Positions 20,224-29,933 of a DNA stretch of 64,000 nucleotides are shown in pieces. A model generated the notes under the pieces. That model saw nothing but the letters and a program-made list of their open reading frames with translations. It was not told the origin of the DNA and ran no database searches. The translations under genes were made by a program, and so were the position numbers. The stretch lies in the IMG/VR virus record IMGVR_UViG_3300005973_000002; one strand, written 5' to 3'. The stretch's first letter is position 1, and every line of letters begins with the position of its first letter. The DNA comes from a virus (Duplodnaviria; Caudoviricetes).

Positions 20224-21629
20224 TCATTCGAAAATTTGGTATACAACCCAGGCAGAAATACCAAGAAAAGCTAGAAACAAAAATTTATATGATACGGCGG
20301 GACCCATGATGACATTAAAAAGACCAAATAGTGCTGGCATGGCAATTAACCCAAGAATGATCCAGGCGCCGACCTTCATCCAATCCTTAGGATTGTGTGC
20401 AATTTTTGGTTCGACACTCGGGGCATCGTGAGTGAATTTTTTTGTTTGAGCTTTATTTTTATTTGCCCTAAGATTTGCGCCACTTTTCTTTTGTCTTAAT
20501 TCGTCTTCAAGTTCAAGGACTCGCTGTATGGCAGCAGCCTTTTCTTCACGCATTTCATCCAATTTCTTAAGCAACTGTTCATGGGAAAATTCACGGTAGA
20601 TCATTCTTCACTCTCCAGAGTTGGGTTGCATAACTTTACCAGATGTTGCCGTTGAGTCCAAACCGTTTTTTTATCTATTAGAACTTTGTGCCAAAGATTT
20701 TCTTTACCTACCCAACAATCAACAATTATGCCTCGGGTGGCAAAGCGAAGACTCATCCAGCGACCTGTTTCGGCTTCAACTTTATCCTCGTGCTTATCGG
20801 CCTTTTTCACCGATTCGAAATCAAGGTATACTACTAAACTTTCAAGCCAATTGATTATATCTGTGGGGTTGTGACCAATTTCAAAATCTGATGGTTCATT
20901 TAATTCGTAAAGGTCGGCATAATGATCCAAATATTCATCTTGAAATACAAAACGAACCAAAGTCCCATTTTCCAACTTATTCATTTTTATCCAACACTAA
21001 GGCTTCTACTGAAACAGTATATAATTTCTCCTCGATAAGAATAACCGCATCCCATGAGGGAATTGGGCCGGTAATATCCCTAACGACGTCAATAACCAAC
21101 ACTCTTTCTGTTTGTTTGATGATTAAAGGAATGGGGTTTGAAGCGACCCAGGTACGTCCAAATCCCTTTAAACGATATTCACGGATAACACCAAAATTCT
21201 TCTGGATTTGGAAGGGTGACTGGATGAACAACTTGGCAAATTTTTCCCAAAAAGGCTGCTTCAATCGTTTCCCTTGGAAGATCCTTCATTTTGCTCTCTT
21301 TCAACTTCTTCCACCTGTTTCTGAAACTTATACGTAAAAGAAACAAAGTCCGCAATGAAGTATGCCAGCGTTACAGCAATAATTGACGCCACAAGTTCAG
21401 GCAAAAATATCACAAAAAACCCCTGAAGTAAGAGCATCAAGGGAATCATCATAAATAAAAGATAGAAAACTCTAAATAGAGCATTTTTGAGTTTGATCAT
21501 TGTTGTCGTTTCAAACAAGAACAACCGAAGCTTTTCAGCCTCAGTTTTCAAGGTGTTGCAAAACCGTATCGAGGAAGCTGTTTGACCAACCACCATCAAC
21601 ATGCCGCTTTGACTGAATCCAATCGACAA
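20224..21629 (-). CDS. Small ORFs: membrane proteins (20224-20604, 21261-21629) and SH3/KOW-like proteins (20601-20984, 20977-21264)
   Basis: Hydrophobic helix pairs; shared beta-strand pattern; ATGA overlaps. Confidence 0.5.
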
Positions 21630-22764
21630 GACCGCTTACACGGCCCTGGTACTGCTCCATCATCGGCGCCATCCATCCCTTTCGGGCCTGAACAGCAAGC
21701 GCAAACATCTTACGATGCTCCTTGGAGCCCTTCTCATGGATCCAACCCCGACTTTCGTTCCATGCTGCAACCTCTGCAAGACAAGCCTCGTAAACATCAC
21801 GATAGTTTGCCACCAGGTCACGGAATGATGCCTGCAACTTGTGTGCCCGATCCACAACGTGGTCCGGGAATAGCGGCAGTGCATCGTCGAGCTTCTCCAA
21901 AAGAAGCAACTCCACGAGTCCCCGAGGAGACTTCAATACCGAGTCACGAACCTTGTTCAGGGCAAGATAGCCGGCATTCTTAATCTTGATACGGCGAAAA
22001 TGCTGGTCGCAGACCACAATTCCTTCGTGCTTTATCGGATCACATGAAGAAACAAAATCAACAAGTTCAGAAACTGAACCAAAACGATAACGCTCTGCTG
22101 TTGGCGTCTTCACCTGAGCTTGAACAAAGGCCGGACGAAGTTCCTTACCTGTTGCCGTTTTGCGAGCAGCAAGCAAAGTAATGCTGTGTCCTTCATATTC
22201 AACAACGATACGATTCGCAGGACTGGTTAATTCAAACATGTAAGTTGTGTCACGAAATAGTTGTGCTGATGTCCACGATTCAAAATCTTTGCCGACAGTT
22301 TCTTCTAATGCTTTCTCAAAAAGGGTGCGAAAAGTATATTCACCAGATCCATCCACTGGAAGGTTTGCTTCTGGCAATGAGCGAGTTGCAACATGCCATT
22401 CATTCTTCACATCATCATAATAAACGATACAAAGCGTTCCGTCCATCTTTTCATAGAAGGAAGTTGCCGGATGATTAAAATCAACTTCGGCAGCCGCAGA
22501 CTGTCCATAGTTGAAAAAACGATCAAATGATCGAGCCAATATAACTGTATCACCAATTGGACGAGTCAAATCAATCAACTCTTGAATTTTGGTTGGTCGA
22601 AGAATAAGACCACGGCACTGCTGTGCCAGTAAGTCATCTTCACGAGATTCAATATGGTCATAGTTCAATGAAAACTTGTACTCGTGCACACGAGCTTTGA
22701 CGCCATGCTCACGCTCCAAGTCTTCAAGAGACTTGGTTTTCAAATACTCACGAACAAAAACCAT
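21541..22764 (-). CDS. T4 Rnl1-type RNA ligase
   Basis: CRGLIL, SFDRFFNYG, motif I YEKMDGT, TYMFELTSPANRIVV, EGIVV, RIKIKN. Confidence 0.9.
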   Translation of the reverse strand: MVFVREYLKTKSLEDLEREHGVKARVHEYKFSLNYDHIESREDDLLAQQCRGLILRPTKIQELIDLTRPIGDTVILARSFDRFFNYGQSAAAEVDFNHPATSFYEKMDGTLCIVYYDDVKNEWHVATRSLPEANLPVDGSGEYTFRTLFEKALEETVGKDFESWTSAQLFRDTTYMFELTSPANRIVVEYEGHSITLLAARKTATGKELRPAFVQAQVKTPTAERYRFGSVSELVDFVSSCDPIKHEGIVVCDQHFRRIKIKNAGYLALNKVRDSVLKSPRGLVELLLLEKLDDALPLFPDHVVDRAHKLQASFRDLVANYRDVYEACLAEVAAWNESRGWIHEKGSKEHRKMFALAVQARKGWMAPMMEQYQGRVSGLVDWIQSKRHVDGGWSNSFLDTVLQHLEN

Positions 22765-23363
22765 CTATTAGTTTCCTTAAGGTTGATCAAAAATTATAGG
22801 GCTCATTTTGAGCCCTATACCAAGCTTTTTTACTTAGAAAGAATTTGTATTACGATACCATGTTTTCTGTCAAATCCTGAACAGGTCCCAAGTTAAAGCC
22901 TGCCGGGATCAGCAGCTTCTTTCCGGTCAAGACTCGACTCAATTCCAAACGAATTACATTACAACGAACATAATCCTTGCGGTCGCAAGCATTGATATAC
23001 GCCTCATTAAGACCATCAATTTGATGGTTGATAGACTCGGGTACATTCCACATATTTTGCTCCAGGTTAGAAGTCAACTAGTACACATCATACAATATCA
23101 TACCCAGCGTTTGGTTTAAACCGTTTGGTAAAACTCCTCAGCAACACAACAATATTGAAAAAATGTTCTTCTGCAAAAGTAGTGGTTTTTAATTTCCTTC
23201 CCCGTCAGGAAAAAACCATCAAATCCATTACCGTCATCATCCCAACAAACATGAGTAAAAAGCACGGGCTCATTGTTGAACCTTCCTGGCAAAACCAGAA
23301 GTTTGCCAATGAACCTACACGGGTTATCATGAAGTGGATTGCTAGTTTGAGACTTGAGTGCCA

Positions 23364-24212
23364 TTAATCAATCTCAAAAATTTTGTCAATTGCCGGATGA
23401 CGATATCGAGCCCTGCCTGTTACACATCGAATATTTGGTGTAATTTGATTATCTGCGCCACCATGTGAGTGACCACAGAGAACTGTGATATTTTTATGCT
23501 GATATTTATCAGCCACTGCTAAAAGCATGTCGCCCATGTGCCTGGACGAAAAATGAGGCATCCAATCATCATCGGATATTTTGCCGTCATAAGTAGAGTT
23601 TTCTCTAAATGGTGGAACGTGTGTTGCCACAAACACATGATCAAACTTTTTGAAAGCCTCATGAAGTTGCTCTTCAATATACTCGGCAGCCTCTTTTGCC
23701 AATTCGTTAATTTTAGCAAAACGAAGCTCTTTGGTTGGACAAGCACTATCTGCAAGTTCTTTAATGAGCAAATAATCATTCAAATATACTCTACTTTTAA
23801 ACCAGTTGGCGTATTGCCCATCATACCAACCATCGTGACCAACCAATGCAATTTTTTCCGTGAGAGGAATTACACCAGAAGTATTGAGCCAGCCAAGACG
23901 AGCCTCCAAAATCATCTTGGAGGTTTCATCATAGGTAAAAAGCCTGCCCATTGTTTCACGGACGTTCTCAATGGAGCCGTTATAATAATCGTGATTTCCC
24001 AAAACAAAGAAAATAGGGCATCTGTGCTCTAGGTTGTAATCCATGAAACCAAGATAATCTACAAGTGATGGTGCTTCGGCAATATCGCCAGTGATGACGA
24101 TGGCCGAAGGTTCCTGAGCTTTTATCTTTCGACAAAAGGACTTAATCCCTTCCTCATGAACAAAATTCAAATGGATATCAGTCGCAAAAAGGAGCTTGAA
24201 ATTGTCAGTCAT
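23364..24212 (-). CDS. Calcineurin-like metallophosphoesterase (CpdA/Icc-like)
   Basis: TDIHL, TGDIAE, LGNHDYY, THVPP, CGHSH. Confidence 0.9.
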   Translation of the reverse strand: MTDNFKLLFATDIHLNFVHEEGIKSFCRKIKAQEPSAIVITGDIAEAPSLVDYLGFMDYNLEHRCPIFFVLGNHDYYNGSIENVRETMGRLFTYDETSKMILEARLGWLNTSGVIPLTEKIALVGHDGWYDGQYANWFKSRVYLNDYLLIKELADSACPTKELRFAKINELAKEAAEYIEEQLHEAFKKFDHVFVATHVPPFRENSTYDGKISDDDWMPHFSSRHMGDMLLAVADKYQHKNITVLCGHSHGGADNQITPNIRCVTGRARYRHPAIDKIFEID

Positions 24213-24221
24213 AGTACGTGT

Positions 24222-24250
24222 ACTATAGCCTAAACTTTTTAAGTTTTAAA
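24222..24250 (-). promoter_or_regulatory. sigma70-like promoter
   Basis: TTTAAA (24250-24245), 17 nt, TATAGT (24227-24222), 9 nt to ATG 24212. Confidence 0.55.
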
Positions 24251-24330
24251 GTCTTTTGCAATGAAACAAAATTTCATAGAAATCTGCAATTTTGCATTTC
24301 TATTTTAGTTGAAGTAATATGTGCAATACC

Positions 24331-24801
24331 TTAGGTATTAATTGGAATCCCTGCTTTGATTAGTCTTTCGAATAATTTCATATTGTAGTGCTTATAGGAA
24401 CACTCATCCCTAAGTAAAGCTTGGGCATTTACCCACATTGGCAACCCTTCACGGGTCATGCAATGCAATTTGCCGCCAACAATTTTTTGTGCAAAAAAAG
24501 TAAAAGATATCATTGTCCGACCAAGTCCAACATACAGAGGAATGAGAGAACTTTTTTCTACTAAAATACCAGTCTCTTCAAAACACTCTCGAACAGCAGC
24601 ATCTTTTGCGGTTTCTTTTACTTCTAAATCTATTTTGCCGCCCGGCAATCCAATGTTTTCAAATTCTTTTCTTTTTGTTATTGCAAGTATGGAACCGTCC
24701 CCACTTGGATTTAGAACCAAAACACAGGCTGACTTTGCGTTAATGAGACCTTCATCAATTTCATTTTCGGTCATAAATGTATTGATATTTAATCTATTCA
24801 C
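24331..24801 (-). CDS. NUDIX hydrolase
   Basis: GLPGGKIDLEVKETAKDAAVRECFEETGI Nudix box. Confidence 0.9.
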   Translation of the reverse strand: MNRLNINTFMTENEIDEGLINAKSACVLVLNPSGDGSILAITKRKEFENIGLPGGKIDLEVKETAKDAAVRECFEETGILVEKSSLIPLYVGLGRTMISFTFFAQKIVGGKLHCMTREGLPMWVNAQALLRDECSYKHYNMKLFERLIKAGIPINT

Positions 24802-25033
24802 CGTCTTCCCCTAAACTTTTATTGATTATGTTTTGGTGTTTTTTGTTGGTTTTTTCAACCAAACCTTCAAGAAGTAAGCCCAGAGGAGCTGAAATGAACC
24901 CCACCAGTATAACAAATGCAAGCGAAGCAGTGCTAAAATTAAGCAAAGTAGCGACTGTCGCTGCAACTATTGCACAAATGATTATGACCGAAATAAAAAC
25001 AAAATTTCCAATGTTTGACATAAATTTCCTTTA

Positions 25034-26008
25034 TTATAACCTACAGTTTTTCTTTTTCATCAAGAAGTCAATAAGGTTTTCACCCTCTTGATTTAAGAAA
25101 TTGCGGTAATAAGCATTAGGATGAGAATTTTGCAAAGCAAGAATCGCCGCATCAATTCTTTTTGGGTGAAGCAAATTTGCCCAATAGCCTTTGATTGTAA
25201 ACAGAAACGAATTTATTTCTGGGAACGGTATAACCGTCTGTCGTTCAAAGCGAAGATAAACTTGTTGATCGTCATTCCAAGTCCATTTGTTTTCTACAAA
25301 TTTATTTGGATGCAAATTCAAAACCCTGTCAGAACGAAAAGAGATAGCACCAACCCTTTGAACTGGTGTACCCATGCGAATTATTCCATTTACCATAGCG
25401 GATGGATTTTTAATGATTGGACGTCCGTCAACCTTCGTTACACGCTCATGAATCTGAGCAAAGGATTTGCCCACAACAGTCGAAGCACTCCAGCCAGCGG
25501 GCGACATTAAATGAGCGGTAGAAACAAAATCATTCCCGTCTGAATTTACCGAGCAAATAACAAGATCTTCTGGGACTTGCATAGCCAATGCATCTAAAGC
25601 ATCAGCATAGTCGGGCTTGTTTCCAAATAAATCTTCAGCACCGATAAGTTCGTAATCTTTATCAAACTGAATAAACTCCAACTTAAACGCAACCCAAAGC
25701 TTGTTGTTGTTTTCATGCCATTTGAACAAATGAGGATAATCAGTACAAAGCCGATCAATAATGAACCTGATAATTGGTGCTCGATTTATAGCTCCCGCAA
25801 ACTGATAATAACTAGATAAATCTTCTTTATGAGATTTGTTTTTGTTATCCATGAACCAAGAGTGAAATTCATCAATTTGAAAGATGTTTCTGTGTTTTTG
25901 TGGAACTGCTGCAAGTTTTGTCATCACAGCAGAAGAAGGTGGAAGGCTCCCACCCTTTAGGGGGTAATAATCTAAAACATCAGTATCTTCCAACATAGGA
26001 ATCCTCAT
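25034..26008 (-). CDS. DUF3445 / heme-dependent oxidative N-demethylase alpha-subunit-like protein
   Basis: LAMQVPEDLVI, PAGWS..VGKSFAQIHERV, YLRFERQT..LFTIK. Confidence 0.7.
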   Translation of the reverse strand: MRIPMLEDTDVLDYYPLKGGSLPPSSAVMTKLAAVPQKHRNIFQIDEFHSWFMDNKNKSHKEDLSSYYQFAGAINRAPIIRFIIDRLCTDYPHLFKWHENNNKLWVAFKLEFIQFDKDYELIGAEDLFGNKPDYADALDALAMQVPEDLVICSVNSDGNDFVSTAHLMSPAGWSASTVVGKSFAQIHERVTKVDGRPIIKNPSAMVNGIIRMGTPVQRVGAISFRSDRVLNLHPNKFVENKWTWNDDQQVYLRFERQTVIPFPEINSFLFTIKGYWANLLHPKRIDAAILALQNSHPNAYYRNFLNQEGENLIDFLMKKKNCRL

Positions 26009-26559
26009 TTGTTCATGTTTTCCGTTTTGGTTCTAAGGCCAATGAGTTTATGTTTCACGAATTTCTTATGACTTTTCAATGCCTGAGAAAATCTTGGTTC
26101 AGCAAGCCCTGTTCCATAACTCCAGGAAAGTGTGTTGTATTTTGCATTATTCCAAACTCGATTGCCGTATGAGCCGATTTCTATGTCGTCAACTTTCCAA
26201 TCGAATCCGATTTCCGTTTCTTCTGCGGTCAAAGAAACACCTTCGCTGACAAAAAAATCCCCAGCCAAAGCCATTATTTCATCTGCTTTACAGTAAGGAT
26301 CTTCTGAATAAAGCTCCACCTTCATGAACCAAGGCTGGTGTAAATCATCCTTGGGTTGATGGTCTCTAAAACATGGAGTGACAGCTACAAGTTTTTTGCT
26401 GGTGTATTTACCATATCCACCATTTACAAATGCTAGAAATGATTGCTCAGCTGAGCCAACCAAAGTGCCCATTGAAGTTTGGAAACAGTTGTCCTGCGGA
26501 GAGTCATCTGGATACGTTATTTGAACAAATCTATCGTCAACAATCCATGGAACTTCCAC
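26005..26559 (-). CDS. Stand-alone class II aminoacyl-tRNA synthetase-like catalytic domain
   Basis: GSAEQSF, motif 2-like TPCFRD..HQPWFMKVEL, EIGSYG, motif 3-like YGTGLAEPRF; only 184 aa. Confidence 0.7.
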   Translation of the reverse strand: MEVPWIVDDRFVQITYPDDSPQDNCFQTSMGTLVGSAEQSFLAFVNGGYGKYTSKKLVAVTPCFRDHQPKDDLHQPWFMKVELYSEDPYCKADEIMALAGDFFVSEGVSLTAEETEIGFDWKVDDIEIGSYGNRVWNNAKYNTLSWSYGTGLAEPRFSQALKSHKKFVKHKLIGLRTKTENMNK

Positions 26560-26613
26560 ATACCCAAACCTTTACTTTCATAAAAGGAAACGGCACGGGC
26601 AATCCTCCCCCAA

Positions 26614-26904
26614 TCAATCTTCTTCGTCCTGATCGGATGATTCATCTGCTTCCCTTTCTACTCTATTGCCATCCTTGAAAGCTTCAGCTGTACGTTCATT
26701 CATCAAACGAAGATCTTCCATGGTAATACTTGGATGGTGCTTTTCCAAATAACCTTTAATTGCTCCATAAAGATCGGAAAGTTCTGTTAGAAGCATGATT
26801 TCCACACCTTGTTCTTTGGCATCCAGTGCTTCTATCATCTCTTCTTTGATTTTAGAGAAGTCGCCGTATTTGCCACGAGGTATTTTTCTTTTATGATACC
26901 CCAT
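26614..26904 (-). CDS. MazG-like nucleotide pyrophosphohydrolase
   Basis: KIKEEMIEALDA..ELSDLYGAI (EExxE..ExxD). Confidence 0.6.
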   Translation of the reverse strand: MGYHKRKIPRGKYGDFSKIKEEMIEALDAKEQGVEIMLLTELSDLYGAIKGYLEKHHPSITMEDLRLMNERTAEAFKDGNRVEREADESSDQDEED

Positions 26905-27217
26905 TTATCCACCCATTTTCTCGTATTCGGACCAGTATGCCTCCTCAATCGGATCAGGAATGGCAGTTGAACCTTGCTCATATCCGTTTTCGTTGAGCCA
27001 TTTTTCTACTCTACTCCACTCGTCAAGTTTAATTAAACCATCAAATTTTCCACCACCAACCCGGTTGGTTATGAATTTAATTTTATTGTCAATCATCCAC
27101 TGGTAAAAGAGCGTGCAATCTTGATGATGTTGTTTGTTAACCTTATATGGGTCCCGCTCTGGAGAAGCTACTGTAATCCAAATATAGGCACCAGCCTCCC
27201 ACTTAACACTTTTCTTT

Positions 27218-27628
27218 TCACTCATTTTTGAATCCTGTAGCGTGCTTCATCTTGCGGTAAATTTTTGATTCAATGCGGTCACCTTCAACAAGGTAATACC
27301 ATGGTTTGGCACGGCCCCAGGTGAAAAACAGTGCCTTAACCGGTCCTTCAACAATTTCTTGAATTTTGTGAAAATTATTTCTTGTCATTAATGACACAGT
27401 TCCTGGGGATTTGCGAAAGAGACCCTTCAGCCCTTTTGAAATATATGAGCCCCGCAGAACAACAGTAATGAAGTTCCAAGGATGGCTGTGTAAATGAAAA
27501 TCTTGATCGGCTTTATGTATGGTGTGAACATAAAGGCCAAAAAATGTAGTTTGAATAATTGCATATCTTTCGAAATGCAATTCGCCTTTCCTACTTCGTA
27601 TCTCTTTAACTTTTTGGAAAATTTTCAT
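27218..27628 (-). CDS. Cupin-like protein
   Basis: HLHSHPWNFITVVLRGSY..FHKI..LFFTW. Confidence 0.55.
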   Translation of the reverse strand: MKIFQKVKEIRSRKGELHFERYAIIQTTFFGLYVHTIHKADQDFHLHSHPWNFITVVLRGSYISKGLKGLFRKSPGTVSLMTRNNFHKIQEIVEGPVKALFFTWGRAKPWYYLVEGDRIESKIYRKMKHATGFKNE

Positions 27629-27635
27629 AATGTTT

Positions 27636-27710
27636 AGCCAGACCTGCGGGATTTGAACCTATGTTCTCTGATTTGAAAGGTCGTTGCGTTAGTCTTCTAT
27701 ACTACGGGAC
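27636..27710 (-). pseudogene. Degenerate tRNA-Glu(UUC)-like element
   Basis: GTCCCGTAGTATAG 5' end, CTTTCAA loop and GGTTCAAATCC, but acceptor, anticodon and T stems do not pair. Confidence 0.5.
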
Positions 27711-27743
27711 TGTATTTAATTTTCATTCAAATGATGATGGTTG

Positions 27744-28334
27744 TTACATATCATCATCAAATTCCTCATCATCTTGTTCAAAGTCATCGTAATCCTCAAT
27801 GAAATCCTCGATACGGATAAATACAACCTTGACACCGACGATTTGTCCACTGTTGTCTCGTGATACATAGCAATCATATGCACCGTCGCCGAACCCCGAT
27901 GAAGAAACAACTCCACCATCTAAGACGCCGGCGCCAAGAGCTGATAAAGTAGTCTCACAGGCATTATCATACCAACCACCATCGCCATATTCGTCTTGCC
28001 CACCACCAAATTTAGCTACATCATAGATGCCAGCTTGACCCGAGTCAACGCCAACAGTAATATCGGTTTTTTCTGAAAAACCCATGTTTTGTGAATAATG
28101 ATCAAGGTGAACAGCTTGTACAGACCAGCAGCGATTGCCCCAATCTGTCTTGCCTTTCTGAACAAAACCTTTCCAAATTCCGTTCTTAACATTACCCAAA
28201 GCGCCTGCACACCAAGTACCTGGCGAATAACAAGGATCGGAAACAACAAGCTTTCCTGAGTCGACATTAAACGTCCCAAGCTCAATTGTTTTTTCGGGGA
28301 AATATCGTGGATGTGTAGTATAGACCATTTTCAT
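27744..28334 (-). CDS. DUF4241-like protein
   Basis: SGKLVVSDPCY, VGVDSGQAG, SSGFGDGAY; acidic tail. Confidence 0.65.
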   Translation of the reverse strand: MKMVYTTHPRYFPEKTIELGTFNVDSGKLVVSDPCYSPGTWCAGALGNVKNGIWKGFVQKGKTDWGNRCWSVQAVHLDHYSQNMGFSEKTDITVGVDSGQAGIYDVAKFGGGQDEYGDGGWYDNACETTLSALGAGVLDGGVVSSSGFGDGAYDCYVSRDNSGQIVGVKVVFIRIEDFIEDYDDFEQDDEEFDDDM

Positions 28335-29432
28335 TCTCCAACAGGAAAGATTGTTCCTACAGGGGCAGGCTGCCGCCAAGGCGGCTCGTCGCTGTCTTTA
28401 AACAGCCAAACCTCCTCTCCAAACTCATTTGTGAGCGGGAAATTAAATTCACATTCCATTAATGTTTGGATTTTTTGAAGGACATAATCTTGCCAAAAAC
28501 TTACGATAATTTCTCGACTTTCGAGAAGCTCTTTAGTTTCCAAAGTAGGCTCAATGTGATATTCACCATATTCGTCTAGCTTCAGAATCCATTTTGCATT
28601 AAATGCAATATCTGGCACATATTCGCTTTGAACATAATTTAATTCGCAAATTTGAACATAGGCACGGTCATAATATGACTCTGTGAAATCTTCACAGTTG
28701 CCCAGGGCGTTTGAGACACGGCCGTCCAAGTTGACAAAATCACATTTTCCAATCTTGTATCCCATAACAACATCCTATCATCAACGGATAAAGTCTAAAC
28801 TGGCTCCCAACGGATATTGGCAATTTCATCTCTAATAATGTCATCAAAAACAAGTTGACCTTCCGGGGTCAGAAAAAACAATCTATAGTAATTTCTACTA
28901 CCGCTGTACTCGCCGTCTTCAATAATTGGTTTTCGTACTATATCAACACAACAATAAATGCTATGAGGCTCAGGCCAGTGACGTACAAATCCCTTGTCGG
29001 TCTTTTCACACAAAAGCGATGATGCCCATTGGCGTGTTCCATACAAATCGGGGTCATCGATTTTCCACCTGTATAACTTTCCACGCTTAAAAAAGAGATA
29101 GGTCATTCTTCCTCAAAATATTTTGGATGCGGATGCCAGCGGTCAACAATTCGCCTTGAAAAACGACCAAATATGTCGAAAACAATCTTTTCATCAGGCG
29201 AAAGAAACACTATACATGTTACAGTCATCGGCTTGCCTTTTGAGCGATTAACTGTTTTTCTTGTGACTCTGACGCACATGAAAGTTTCACCAATTTTGGG
29301 ATAATATTCTTTGCTGCCATTAAGATCCCAAAGGTGCGTTCTTGGGGTAATGCCTTTGAAATCAAACCGCTCATCAAAACCGCCAAAGATATAAAGCTTG
29401 CCAGAAAGAAAATAATCCTCAGGTTCCATCAA
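28331..29432 (-). CDS. Three hypothetical ORFs (28331-28765, 28795-29106, 29103-29432)
   Basis: Coupled ORFs; the latter two share GKLY..FL.P(E/D)..(L/I)VFD. Confidence 0.55.
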
Positions 29433-29928
29433 GAGCCTCTTTTAGCAAATCAGTTGGATCTAATAGATTTTTTGGGACTGGACATTCTTTGTGCCACCAA
29501 ACAGTTTCCTTGGTGCCGTGTTCGTAAAGTTCAAAGTGAAGCATAAACCTTGAATGGTCAGGGACATCAGCCCTTTCTTTATTTTTTTTTAGAACTGGAG
29601 AAACGCAAGCAAGGATCTGTCCTTGTTCAATAACATCCCCAACTTTCAGTTTGACAGTAGAAACTTCGCCATAGCAGACCACTCCTGACGGTCCTTCAAT
29701 CAAAATAGCTTGCGTAGGAAGCCACCAAGGCGAGCCGGCTTTTGGACCAGTAAACTCTTCTATTGCTACTACAATACCTGGCTCCACGGCATAAACAAGG
29801 CAAGGCTCGGGCACGTAAAGATCAACGCCTGTATGAATGTCGTATTTCCTTACGGCTGCAAAAGCACCTGGGTGATCTCCAGTTGGGATCTCGCCTTTCC
29901 ATGCAAACAATGGAAATAACCAGGACAT
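29419..29928 (-). CDS. M23 family peptidase
   Basis: HTGVDLY (HxxxD), VYAVEPGIV, LHFELY (HxE), LDPTDLL. Confidence 0.8.
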   Translation of the reverse strand: MSWLFPLFAWKGEIPTGDHPGAFAAVRKYDIHTGVDLYVPEPCLVYAVEPGIVVAIEEFTGPKAGSPWWLPTQAILIEGPSGVVCYGEVSTVKLKVGDVIEQGQILACVSPVLKKNKERADVPDHSRFMLHFELYEHGTKETVWWHKECPVPKNLLDPTDLLKEALDGT

Positions 29929-29933
29929 AACCC

